Shown here in pieces: positions 35,950 to 48,640 of a DNA stretch of 64,000 bases. The position numbers were made by a program, and so were the translations under genes. Location: NCBI RefSeq assembly GCF_006345805.1, contig NW_021831752.1:326022-390021 (forward strand), written 5' to 3'. Under the pieces are notes generated by a model, which was not told the origin of the DNA, did not search any database, and saw only the letters and a program-made list of their open reading frames with translations. The stretch is from Octopus sinensis (taxonomy: Eukaryota). Each line of letters starts with the position of its first letter. Position 1 is the stretch's first letter.

Positions 35950-37110
35950 TGAATTAAAAAACGTACTGTAATTCACCGACGCCTGTTGATGAAAAACAGC
36001 CCCACAGCATGATACTTCCTCCCCAGTGCTTTATGGTAGGTATGGTGCATTTTTGGTTATACGTCTGATTGGATTTAGATGCTCCCTGAGGGTTTCGAAT
36101 ACGCCTGAATTGCGAGATTCAAGAGAGTTAGTGAACCACATAACGCCACGTTGATATAAGTTCAGTCCGAAAAGTTTTATTTTTAATTCATCCGACCATA
36201 AAATATTGTTTATGAATTCATTTTCTTTATTTAAAAGATATTTGGCATATTTAAGTCGTGCAGAAATGTTTATTTTCTTTGATAATGGAACACGACGGGT
36301 CCTTCGTTTATTGATACCTTCAGTGCGTAGTGTATAAGTAATTGTATGAATGGATACTAATGCCAATTCTTTTCAAGTACAGTGCACGACAAAAGTAACC
36401 GGACAAGCCAAAATTTTCCATTATTTTAAGTCATTTTAAAACTTTTTTTCACATAAATCACCCTTTGTACATTAATTTACACGAAAAACAATTTTTTACA
36501 TTTTTAATTTAATCTTTATTCAATTGTACATTAAATTTAAAGCATAAATAATTACGAGGTGCGACAAAAGAAACCGGACAGTTAAAAATAATCAAAAATT
36601 AGTATCTAGAATTGCCTCTTTTGGCATTATACACTGCGTAGCTTCTATCCTTCATTGATAAAATTAGTTTTTGTATGAACTCTATCGGGATTGATCTCCA
36701 AATTTGGATAATTTCCTCTTTTAGGTCATTGTGACATGTTGGGGTTTTTTCACCTATTTTTTCTTTTCATATATGCCCAGACGTGCTCAATGGGATGAGA
36801 TCAGGTGACTGGGCGGGCCATGAAATAACTTTGATTCGGCTTGTCCGGTTACTTTTGTCGTGCACTGTAATTCTTAGTTTTGTACGGACTATTCTTTTCA
36901 TTAATGAGCAAGAACGTTGAGTTATTTTCTTTGCACCACCTGATCCAGATCGATTAATGGTAGTTTCGTCTTGTTTCCATTAGGTAATATTCCAACAGTA
37001 CTCTTTGGTAATATCTGCAATTTAGAAATCTTTTCATAACTTTTACCTCTTTGGTATGCAGTTACAACTTGTTGTTTTAGGTCCAAATAATGCTCTTTTC
37101 TTGTCGCCAT
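35950..37110 (-). mobile_element. Decayed Tc1 transposase, interrupted by a Tc1 deletion derivative
   Basis: MATRKEHYLDLKQQVVTAYQRGKSY.. (36922-37110) and ..RTRRVPL..RLKYAK..ILWSDE (36031-36366) lie on either side of the inserted element. Confidence 0.7.
36380..36867 (-). mobile_element. 488-bp internally deleted Tc1 element (MITE-like)
   Basis: Perfect 30-bp TIR CAGTGCACGACAAAAGTAACCGGACAAGCC; TA TSD at 36378-36379 and 36868-36869; interior keeps only a WPAQSPDL..PIEHVW C-terminal remnant. Confidence 0.92.
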
Positions 37111-37164
37111 GAGTATTTTAATAACGAGCGAAAATGAAAGTGTATTTATACTAATCAGAATCTA

Positions 37165-37715
37165 TGAAACAAAGCCTCCCTCCGGTCATTCGTCTTCAAG
37201 GTAATTTTATCATCGAGCATACGCAACAACCTCTCGGCCTCCTTATCGACCACGACAGTGGTCTCAAAAGCAAAAGAGACAAATTGGTAAGTGTCAGTAA
37301 GGAGTACGTATTTCGATCTCTTTCTCTACTCCGCAAGTGCGCAAGCGTATCCTGGAGAACATGCTATCTAGAGCAACAGCGTCACGGAAAAAGATTTACC
37401 GTCCAAAACGATTGACCTACCTCCCCTGAAAGGAACGTAGTCATCCCGTCAGGACGTTTCCGTCGTTTCGAAGGAATCCAACCGGTTCCAAAGGGACGGG
37501 AATCTGGCGGAATCCAAAACCCTCTTCATGACATCATTGAGAAATGCATGGCGCGGTAAACGGCCAGCACTCCTCTTACATAACAGTGTGTGTAACCCGC
37601 TTTGTGAGATCATCGAACCACACCGACAACGGTGCGGATGGCACATGTCCAATCCCAGTCGCAAACAAAAGCTGATACGGACGGTTTTGTCCCCCAACGG
37701 CAGACAATCAGACAT
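37165..37715 (-). mobile_element. CRE-clade retrotransposon 3' fragment
   Basis: LRLGLDMCHPHRCRCG..GLHTLLCKRSAGRLPRHAFLND..KRPDG; frameshifted. Confidence 0.85.
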
Positions 37716-38349
37716 CAGTAAGAGAGCAAATCAGAATCGATTAATCAATTTTATTGAAATTACGACTAATCAATCATTTCGAAAGAAAAAGAAGCGAAAT
37801 AAAGATAATCATTTATATCTTATTGCGGAAAAAATTCATATTTCTTTGATAGTCCCATCACTTTTTCCCATATATAATTTGACATTCAATTAAAGTGGAG
37901 TTTCAATGATAATTATTTGAAATTCGTGAAAATAATTAATACATTAATTCTAAAATTTGAATGACAAATAATTCCATTGATAAAAAGAGATTAAAAATAA
38001 TACACGATTTCATTATAAAAGCTATCAAAAATGGTAATCATTCTAAAACATGTCATTAAAAAAAGATAGGCGTCCACAACTTATTTTCCCCATTGTATAT
38101 TCACGTTTAAGTTCTCGGATTTTAATTTTCATTTAGACGTATTACTCTTTTAAAACATACTAAATTAGATGGAATGAATCTAGTTTTAAAGTAATGCGAC
38201 GTCTGTTTTTCCTTGTATTTCTAAACTCACTCCTCCTTCGAGGTTCACCATATACAAAATTTAAATCTTAGAAATACAAGAAAAACGATTAAACGGTTCA
38301 AAATACAATAAAAATTTACTTAGAACTATGAAAACTAACAAAGTATAAG

Positions 38350-39268
38350 TTATTCAATTTTTAGTCTTTTGCTCTGACTGATATGCTCGTCTGATGGACT
38401 ATCCTGTTCAATCAACGAATATTGATAAGATTTAGTTCTCTTCCACACATCAAGTTGATCAGAATGAACACCAATCACAACACCAAGAACAGTTTTCCTT
38501 GAAAATGCGTGTTTAAGAACTTGTTTGGGATTTTCGGAAATGCATATTTTACTTTTAGACTTTGAAATCCGGAAGATTTGAGCCATATTCCGCACATCCA
38601 AAGGAGATCTGACATCAAAGCATTTCTCTGCACACGAACCAAAGACAATTCCCTTTCCAGACACAGCCAAAACAAGACTCAGAGAACTGGCCAGAATATT
38701 GACACGTTGTGAGGGATCTCGAATTGCCCCAGAATAGCATATTTCAACACAAACTCCCCTTTGAACAGACATTTTAAGCTATTTTATACACGATAAGACA
38801 ACCTGCTTGCTTGCTGCTTGAAATGAAAGTCTCTGCTGGAAATCGAAGCAAATCAAATCAAAATTGTCATGTGCCCCGACCTGATGTGAATATTAATACC
38901 AACCTTCTCGAGGACTTGGTCATTGAGGGGAAGGATGGAGACAATATCGTACTTGTTGTAGTTGGATAATTTAGAAATGGTGGCTAATTGGTTTGGATTT
39001 TGGACTTTGATGGTAATTCGTGAAAGTATTTTGATTTTTCCTTCAAATGACTGAATGACTGGGTGATTCATTGTCTCCTCGGGGCACTAATATAATATAT
39101 ATAATAGGATACTGGAATTATGTCCTTTTCTCCCTTTCCGAGTTTCTGGTTAGTTTTGCTCAAGTCAACACATCTGTTCACAGCAATTGTGTGATAGTCT
39201 AAAAATATCAATGTTTCGATTGTCTTTTTTAGATCTGTAAAGTTTGTTAAAACTATGTTGAAATCCAT
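38350..39268 (-). CDS. RPP30: RNase P/MRP subunit p30, 4 exons
   Basis: MDFNI..DYHTIAVN, ILSRITI, YDIVSILP, DLICFD, VEICYSGAIRD..R.N, SCAE...DVRSPLDV; introns of 26, 23 and 24 nt. Confidence 0.92.
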
Positions 39269-39429
39269 CAACAAGATAACGTTTTATTTATAGACAAAAT
39301 TGATATGATTATTTATTCAATAAATGCGTGTTTTTTTAAATAACTATAATAGAAAAAATAAATAATATTAAAAAAATATTTTGAAAAAAATTAACTCAAT
39401 CAACGGACATTAAATCCTAATTCTGGCCA

Positions 39430-40384
39430 TACCCAATAAAATATTCACAAACAAAAAACTAATAAAAAAACAAAGTCCAATCCTAAAAAGTTTTTTTAAA
39501 CATCCGAAAACGTAGACAAACAAAGTCTCCTCTCCCATAAAAGTCCTTCACTCAAACCCATCTCGGAGGCTACCAATCACCAACACAAAATACAGGCCCT
39601 GATCGCCTCCTTGCATTTAATAACCAAATTCCGTGGACATTCCCCAATCGCATCCCCACATCGAATGGCTGCTGGCAGAACGTCAGCACTCTTATAAACC
39701 TCGCAAACAAGTCCTGTCGAGTAATCTCCCACATTTACCACACTCCTTTGCCTTTTTAGCTGAGATGGGTTCCCCAGTGAGGACCATTTCCATTGCCTGA
39801 TATTTCCCTACTGCTCTTGGAAGATTTTGGGTTCCTCCACCGCCAGGACATGTCCCCAATTTGATTTCTGGTTGGCCGAACTGTGCGTTCTCAGAAGCAT
39901 AAATAATATCGCAGGACATGGCCACCTCACAGCCACCACCCAACTATTAAACTGACATATTTCTTAAGACCACAAATCCATGGACTGCTGCTATTATTGG
40001 CAAACGAAATTTATCAAGACAAGTCCAATTGCCGAATGTATTATTTGAATAACTGGCTGGATATGTCCGATCCAACATTTCAGGAATGTCGGCTCCGGCT
40101 AATTGTGAGTGAATAATACACACCCGCGAATGCCCTGTGAGACCCAGTTAGGATTACGGACTTGATTTGCTCATTTCTCTCAAAGGACTGCAGGCAGGCC
40201 TCGATTTCCAACATTATTTGGTCACAGAGGGAGTTAAAAGCTCGTGGTCTATTCATTTTTATGAGTCCTATATTTTTGTTTATTCCTACTATATCTGTGA
40301 TTATCAATTTGTCTATTCAATTATTATATTTATGTTACTTTGATTGCATAAATGTCTGCAAATTATATTACAAACACCACTCAT
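39430..40384 (-). CDS. ECHS1: Mitochondrial short-chain enoyl-CoA hydratase; 3' end unresolved
   Basis: [27 protein letters not shown] and QPEIKLG (both catalytic Glu present), PGGGGTQ; introns 24-27 nt. Final exon not recognisable. Confidence 0.88.
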
Positions 40385-40472
40385 AACAACAAATCACTAT
40401 AATCAAATATAATATTTAAAATTTAAAATCAATTAATTAAAAAATTTGATTCAGGAATTATTGGTTGATGTG

Positions 40473-42127
40473 GTGAGCACGTGGACAGACCCAAGAGATA
40501 ACCGGAATCGGATCAGACTACTGAATAAAGTCATAAAACAGTCTGCAAAGGACAAACGGTACTGGAGGGCTGAAAAGTTCGCCAGAAGATTAAATGCGGA
40601 GGTCCCACTAACAAAAGTATGGGCATTTTAAAAAGATTCACAAACCCGGAGAGATTTAAATCGGGTGAGGATAATGCGGCTCTCTTCATCAACAAATTGA
40701 TAAAGTTGTACGCTGGGATCAGTAACATCCCGCACAGGAAATATGATGGACTACGTTTGAAGTTGTTGAAACCTTGAAGATGTCGGGACTTGATAATCCT
40801 CACCCATGACGAGGTGTCTCAGGCTATCAGAAATTTAAGAAGCACTGGCTCTTGTGGACCTGATGGAATTCCTACTATTCTGGTAAAAAACCTAGGACAG
40901 GTGGCAATATCAGCTCTTTGTCAAATTTACAACTTTTCTATAAACAACATTGTGGAAAATGGCACACATTCGTCCTATTCTGAAACCAGGGAGACCAAAA
41001 GACAACCCATATCTCTCCTCTGTGTCCTATCCAAAGTTCTGGAAAAATTTATTCTCAACCACATCAAACAATATCTCCCGGATTTGGATTTTCAACATGG
41101 ATTTAAATGTGATAAATCAACCACTTTGACGAACTTCATCTCATGTGGACTATCTGCCAAATCGTATAACTTAAAAACAGTTATGTGCCCAGTGGATATC
41201 CATAAGGATTTTTACTCCGTTTCCAGGAAAATACTGACCAGGAAAATATACAGTGAATTTCACCCAAAGCTGAAAAAGTGGCTAGCTAACTTCCTCAGCG
41301 GCCGAAGAGGTAGGATTCAACAAAACAATACAAGATCGATGTCACGATATTTTCCAAACTGAGTCCCTCAAGGCTCAGCCCTTTCGTCAGCTCTTTTTAA
41401 CTTATTCTTATTGGACCTTCCGCTGCCAAACGACAAACACTCAATCTGAGTCGTGAGGTTAACACGGCAAGTTCAAAACTGTACTATTTCCACAATCTCG
41501 AAAGTTGGCTTTCGATAGATCGACGAGTCCTGAAAAATCAGTCACTACGCTTCTGACTTCAGCAAGGAAATTTGGGGAAATGGTGGTGAACTTATATCTA
41601 AACAACATGGAAATCCCTTTTAAAAAATCCCAGAAAATCCTCGGCGTGACATGAGATAGTCATATGTGTTTCTCCCAACAATTTGAAAATGTTACTACTA
41701 GCTGCATGAAGAAACTGAACATTTTAAAAGTGTTCCTCCGAAAATGCAAATATTGGATCACAGCATCCCCACACGCCAATCAATCTACCGGCAATACATC
41801 GAACCCTTCATTAGTTATGCTTGTGGGGCGTTGGGAGGGTTAGTCAGTGAAACGAACCGTGAAAAAATCGAAAAAACTCAAGAAAGATTTCGGGAAGCAC
41901 TACAAAGACAGAATTAACATCTATCCATCCCCTCATTCAAAGAAATCCTGGGATTCAAAGAAAGCATGGGCCTACAGGTCCCAAAACTCCACCAACGCGC
42001 CCTCATAGAAATTGTGTCGGGACTAGGGTGCAGCACCGGGCAAAGATGAGAACCCTCCTCAGAGAAGCCGGGATCACCTGATTAACTAGTTCTATGTTTT
42101 GGACGGTGATCTTGGTTCTAATAATAA
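40473..42127 (+). mobile_element. Decayed 5'-truncated LINE (Jockey/I-like RT) with long TSD
   Basis: CGPDGIP..LVK, PISLLCVLSKVLEK, QHGF, DIHK.F, PQGS.LS; (TAA)n tail; 35-bp direct repeat (1 mismatch) at 40438-40472 and 42128-42162. Confidence 0.85.
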
Positions 42128-42247
42128 TAAAAAATTTGATTCAGGAATAATTGGTTGATGTGATACCTCCCACCTCCCAATTCTAATAGACGGAAAAACC
42201 TACAAAAAAACAAATGCAGGCCAAAAGAACTCAAAGAATAATAAAAA

Positions 42248-43225
42248 TCACTCAGCAACAGTAATTTGGTCAAGTTTTTTAGTAACAGCGTGGGCAATCA
42301 TCTCCGAAATATAATCACTGATAATCTCACTAATCTAAAACAACTCAAATAAAACAGAAAACAGCAAATTCCGCAGAAATATCGTAAGCCATGTCAACCG
42401 CAGTGTCAAAAACAGGCATTTTATGTCTAGTAAGTGCAATAATGCAATTCCGAACTCGGGCAATGTCACTAAATTGTTCAGAAACAATCTAAAAATAAGC
42501 AAAAGCACAAACAGCAGAGTTTTCCTGAGCAGGAAACAGCCAAATATTGCCGTTATTACCAAAAACGACACTCACAGCACATGTGAGAGTACAAAAGTGT
42601 GATTTACAGCGTCTAACCAAAGAAGGGGATATTTTGACCAACACTCCCAGATGGAGCTTCCATTAGTGGAGAAAGCCAACCTTGCCATATCTGTTACTCC
42701 GTGAGTGTAGTTGGATACAGCCGTCGGTGGGGACTGTCCGCACTTCCGCACTGATTAGGTCACCTTCGTTGAGGTACGTCTTCATCAGTTTTTCGTCCTC
42801 AAAAGACTTAATTCTCTACTCACTAAGCAAGCAGGCAATCACCGAGTCCCCACTGGGCAGAATCACTGCCGACAGTGGCAGGATTGCGTCTTGACGGGAA
42901 TTTATGTTGACTCTCCACTTCCTGAGGCCCACCCCGACGATTCGACCGACAACCACGTCCCCCACTTCCCCCATGTATCTGGTCTTTAGTGGGATGACTC
43001 GGGCTAGTTGATTCACGTAGTTCACTACTCCAGCAATTGTGGCCTTTATTTCGCCCTTGTTGTCTCGGACTGTGCCGTGGCCACTTTTGGTTAGTTTGGT
43101 TGTTTATACTGCATGTACATTGGGTTGGTCACGATTGTGTCTCCGGGCACTACTATTCCACTCACACTGCTTTCTGTTTTTTCTTTTTTGGTTCTATTTT
43201 TTAATGAATAGATAATCGTGGACAT
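42248..43225 (-). CDS. EXOSC2: Exosome cap subunit RRP4
   Basis: IVVPGDTI..GHGT, V.PLKTRY.GEVGDVVVGRI, WRVNINSRQDAIL.LSAV.LP.GD, L.EGDLISAEV, LH.RS..YGKL, FGNNG.IW; introns 24-27 nt. Confidence 0.93.
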
Positions 43226-43429
43226 GCCACACAAACTACTCGATATATTAAATTTATTTAATAATAAATAAATCATCACTTAATCTCAATAAATAATATT
43301 CCTCAACTTTAAATTAGTCATAAATAGAGGGTCGGCTTCCCTATTGAAAAAAACAAATTGATATAAATGTTTAAATTTTTTTTTTGGAAGATTAAAAAAT
43401 ATATTAAGAGTATGAGAAATCGTCAAAAA

Positions 43430-45300
43430 AAACTAGCTATTATGTACTGGCTCGCAGGATTGAAAGACAATTCCCGCGTAAAACAGCCTGCGAGATCCTC
43501 TGAATAAGGAATATAAATTCCCTCGGATCTCTGGAGCGGTAGGTGCACAGGCGGCCAAGTTTCTTGAGATGAGCAAGCGTCTTGGCCCCAAAAACACAGG
43601 AAGTTTCGACGGCAATTGCCCAAAAGCAAAATCGATCGCGTAAATCGTCGTATTTCGTTAGTTTTGTGAATTCGGCCATCTCAGCCGACGAACCGGGTCG
43701 ACAAGCCGTAGCATTTAAGGCACCCTTGGCGAAAGAGTCAGAACAGGTGACGTCCCACACGAGCTGCTTCCCGGATTCAAAAGCGAAAAGCGTACAGCCG
43801 TCTGGACGTTTTGCATCTTCAAGAACAAGGCCCGTCGGTTCCAGAATAGAGGGGAAACCAGCTCTTTCCAGAGCTTTGTGAATTAGATTGTTGATTTCGG
43901 TGTGCCGAGGGAATCGGCCGGGGCTCATTCGACAAGACAGAGGATGTAACCCAAAGGCGTCAACTTTATCTCCACAACGACATGGGTGAGGTCTGCAGAC
44001 AGGGAGTTCAAGGCGATTACAGATACCCAAGCGGAGTGAATCCCTATCGAGGACAGTACATTCAGCCAGGAGCCTGAGTATGGCTGACAGGCGGAACGGA
44101 AACAAGCCAGTCTGTGTTGGTCGAGGAGTGGTTCCAAGTCAGTTGAAGATCGACGGCAAAGAATTTTGTCCCAGTCTCGCTGAGAAAAGACATCGGAAGG
44201 GACTTCAGAGAAATTGCGTTTCCAAAGAGCAAGGGCCGAATCAATATCCGAGTCCAACGATGATTCAGTAGTTTTTTCCAGAATTTTTTGGACAAGAAGA
44301 TATAATCCAGACGCCGAAGAAAGAAAGGCAGGAAGGGCCAAATCAATACTGGAACGGAGGCCCCGTGACTCACAGGAAGTTTAGCCTGACACCAGGCAAT
44401 ATCGTCGAAATGCACATTGATAATTTTCTCCGCAGACCTCCGAACCAATGAATCATAAGATTCCAGCACTTGTGTGGCATAAAAACAAGGTGAGCTCCTC
44501 AGTATATAAACGATTTTTGGGATCAAAAGATAGTTCTTGAAAATGTAGAATGAAGGATGAGGATCAATGGCAGAAAGTTTTTCACAAAGAGATGCTATAA
44601 GATTTTTTTTGGCAAGGAGGATTCGTGTAGCTGAGTCGGCGAGAATCGGTGACCCCAGAATTTCCAGATCAGACAGAGGTGTCTGTCTCAACTCAGGAAG
44701 GAGTCCGCAAAAAAGAGAGAAGGAGTTCTTAAACAGGGATGGCTCAACAGAGAGATTGACAATCTCGGACTTGCTGGAATTAATAACCAGACCAATGTCG
44801 GATAAAGCCGGAATTAGACTGGCTAAGTCCTTTAGCAAAACATCAGGCGGACCGCCAAGGGTGCAATCGTCGAGATACCAAAGATTAAGGGGTGATTCGT
44901 TAACGCGGGCAATGGCATCCACGGCAAGAGCGAACAGTAATGGGCCCAAAGGATCCCCCTGTTGGACGCCACAGGACGAAGAAATGAAAGAACCACCGGC
45001 GATTAAAAGTGATGGAAGCGAGTACGAAAGCGATATAAAGGGAAGCAAGTGTGGAACACGGTCTTGGCAGACCTCCAACATATGACCACGGTCCAGAGAA
45101 TTGAAAGCATTAGTTACATCCAGTTTCAATAAGGCAAGGGAAATATTGGAACGAGTAGAACCGTGAATAAAACAACGACAGGCATGGACAGAAGACTCGC
45201 AACCGCCAGGAACACCCACACCCAACTGAATGGGCTGCAGTTGCTCGCCAATAGAAGGAATAACTGACTTACAACAGACTTTCGCTTTGCCGCTTAGGAA
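43430..45300 (-). mobile_element. 5'-truncated CRE-clade retrotransposon (RT + CCHC + RLE), one frameshift
   Basis: QLGVGVPGGCE, LKLDVTNAFNSL, GVQQGDPLGPLLF, WYLDD, RLELPVC..C.CG..GLHPLSC..RH, KRPDG..WDVTC. Confidence 0.93.
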
Positions 45301-45397
45301 TAAATTGCACAAGTTAGTGCAAGAATGTTTAAATTAGACAAAACTCAATCCGATAGAATAATTAACAAAGAACGGGAAAATTGCGAAGAAATGTGAA

Positions 45398-46219
45398 CTA
45401 GTCATTGAGCAAAGGAAATGAATAATGAGAAATGCCCCCATCTCTACTCAGCATGGAAACGACGACAGAATCCCCAACTTCTATAAGTCGATGTGAAGCA
45501 GCTCTAAATATATTCTGACAACAGGCATTAATCTCATCAACACTCATATCCACATCTTCACTTCTGGTCACCTTTTCAGTACCAGAAATGTTGTGTTTGC
45601 CCACCTGAAATCCTCACTGACGGAATACCAGATTAGCCAAAAGAGGAGTCATAATAGCAGCCCCCATTCCACTGGCCGAGTAAATAACCTTTTCAATGCA
45701 GCCGACTGGGTCGTAGTCGTAGACACACGCACTTCCTGCCATCCAACCACCACCAACAACCTTCGTTGTCAAATCCGGCCACCACAGGGAAGGCGTAGTA
45801 AGGAAAGAACCTCTTGCTGTACAACTTCATGGCCAAACGATGGGAGAATGAATCACATGTTAAGGGCAGACTGGAGTCCTCGTCATATCTCTACCCAATT
45901 ACTCACCACACAACCTCCACGATCAATTTCATCTCCTTGACCAAGGTGGTGGCATCCCCCTGATATCCACATGTGGTCATTAGTATATTTTTATTACTAT
46001 TTAGTCATTAAGGGCTATACATTTGGTGGTTTCTGTTCATTTCCCGAGAGAGAATTTGGTATCCGGACGTAAGACGAGTGTCAGATGCGAGTACAACGTA
46101 ATTTTTGGTAGCAATACCAATGACTGAACTAACATGTTATTCACATGAGGAAAATACCCCCCGTTAAATTCGTAGGGGTTCCATTGCTCCTCTTTTGATG
46201 TCAAAATTGAACTTATCAT
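45398..46219 (-). CDS. PSMB1: Proteasome subunit beta type-1 (beta6)
   Basis: WNPYEFNGG, ASDTRLTSGY, GYQGD, LYSKRFFPYY, YDYDPVG; five 24-29 nt introns. Confidence 0.93.
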
Positions 46220-46396
46220 CACTAGAGCTATAACGTTCTATAATTATTATTTAAATTGCAAAAATGAATTTTATTGATATATTAGATATAATTTGAATGC
46301 TTTTTAATATTTTACAGAAAATAAGTTTTTTAAACAATTTATTATAGGATCATACGTGGATTAAAAATGTCAAAAACAATGTTATAAATAAATTGA

Positions 46397-47438
46397 TTAT
46401 TGGAAATAGGAGATCAATGCGGTTATCACTGTGCCCAATATTAATCCGAATAATTCTATAGAAAAAAGAATTATTCCAATTTTTGTAGAACTATTATCTT
46501 TAAGCAAACTGAGTCTGTTTTTTTTGACTTGTTGTGTCTGGGCAGTCAAATAATATGAGAACCATTCCATTAATCGAAACGTTGAGAAATACTCCAGCAA
46601 CAAAAGCCAGGCCCCAATTAAGTATTCCTGTAATATTCCCAAAAATAATCCCAACAAAGAACCCAAAATAAAAAAATGCTACTGAAATAAAATTGAGAAT
46701 TAAAATCTTCTTTTTAGAAAACTCCATGCTCAGGAAAATAGAAATATCACCTAAATTGTAACGAAAAACACGTGCCAATTTCGTGAGTAAATTCTTCAAA
46801 GAATATTATAATGCTTAAACTAAGACCAAATACAATGCTGGTCGAATAAGCAATGCTCAAAGAGAATCCGTCCATAAATTTATGAATGCTGTCCCCAACA
46901 ATCATAGAAACGACCAACGAGTTGTCAATTGGTTCTTGTTCCTTTTATACTTTAATAAGAATTACAAATTGAATCGGTTCTTGACATTTATAATTCGAAT
47001 AAAAGTCGGAAATAGAACTGAATATATATATTAACAAGTTTCCGATCTGCATCACTATGCCTTTCCAAAGAATTGTTTTTTTAGGTTCGTCGATTGCGAA
47101 AATCTGCGACTTTAAGTGACAATCGGACAACCTCAGGTATCAAAAATAGGAGAGTGGCACTACTAGTCGCCCCAATAGACAGTGTTATGAAAAACAGGAG
47201 CATATATTTGTATAATGAATATTTGCTTATAAACACAAATGAAATCCCGAAAGCAGATAATAACGAGAATACTAATAAAGTCAGCAGCCCACACATCCAC
47301 ACTGAATTTAAAATCATCAAAAATACCTAATCGTTTGCTTGGCAATTTATGGTTTGATGGATTTTCGTTGTTGGCGGGTGATTTGTTCAAAACCATGTGG
47401 CTGTTTATCCCAATGAACAGAAGGGGCAAGTAATACAT
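46397..47438 (-). CDS. ZIP (SLC39A) metal transporter, LIV-1 subfamily
   Basis: TM helices; MIVGDSIHKFMDG (TM4) and FEEFTHEIGD (TM5); FVAGVFL; introns 25-28 nt including a GC-AG at 46751-46775. Confidence 0.88.
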
Positions 47439-48640
47439 TTATCAAATTCACGAATGCTTTATTATTATTTGAGTTTGATTGATTTTATCAAAATTCCGAG
47501 AACTTTTGATATTTAGGTTAATGGGAAAATGGGAAATTATAAGTCAATTTTTGATGATCCTTCGATTCGATGGAGGATTTTATCACGTTCAACTTGAATT
47601 TTAACGAGCATTATTTTTAGAAGTTGGTTTTTCATTCGGGAATATATATTATTACTTTAAAATTCTGTTATCTCAGTTGTTTCAAATAACTTTCACGTAG
47701 GTTTCTAGAATTATTTAAAAAGGATTTTTAAAGGATATTCTATTTGTTTAATTGTACTATTTTCACCCTTTTATTACTCGAATTGACATTTACCATTAAA
47801 GATAACTTTAATTATCAATAATTGAATTGTATAAAATAATTTTTCTGACTAAAAAGATGAGGATAAATCAAAGCATCGAAAAAGATTGTCAAGAAATGGT
47901 GAAATTTCAAATTTTTTTTTTAATTGTAGAAACTTTTTAAAAATCAAATATAAAAACTGTTTAAGCTTGACCTCTTTCTTTGACACAATGCCCTGTTATC
48001 CTGAAGTATGAACTTGCAGAAATATTCATGAACCAGCAAATCATTTCCTGAATTTTGATAAAAGTTGAGCATTTTCTTCCGTTGAGGAGTTTTTTTCAAT
48101 AAAATTTATTTTGTAAATATTTGTAGATATTTTTTTAGATATAAAATATCTAAATATATATTTTATTTTCAAAAGTTTTACGTTTGGTAAAAGTCGCATG
48201 AGTAAGTTAATTATCCATAAACACGTCTTTCCACGCATATTCTAAATCACTATTTAGTTTAATCGACGTGGTCATTCGCAACTCCATTGCTGACTGGGTC
48301 CTTTAGTTGTTCCAGACATGTGTCTGTGTCTGTACATGTCTAGTCTTCCATCGATTTTGTATTAGTTGCGTAGCACTGGCTGACACATGTACTTTATATG
48401 GCGGCTGGTTGATACTATAATTCTATTAAAATGTCTGTGAAAAATACGTAAATGTTGATTATGTATGGAAGGCCGTATTTCCCAGCATTAAGATAGCCTT
48501 AATGTCTATATTTTGTTTTCTTTTGTCGCTGCTATGCAACCTGTCATTTTAATTACTATTTTTTATAAATTTTGCTATTAGCGTGGGCAATGTAGGTTTT
48601 GGGACTGTTTTTAGATTGTGACTGTCATGTCGAAGGATTG

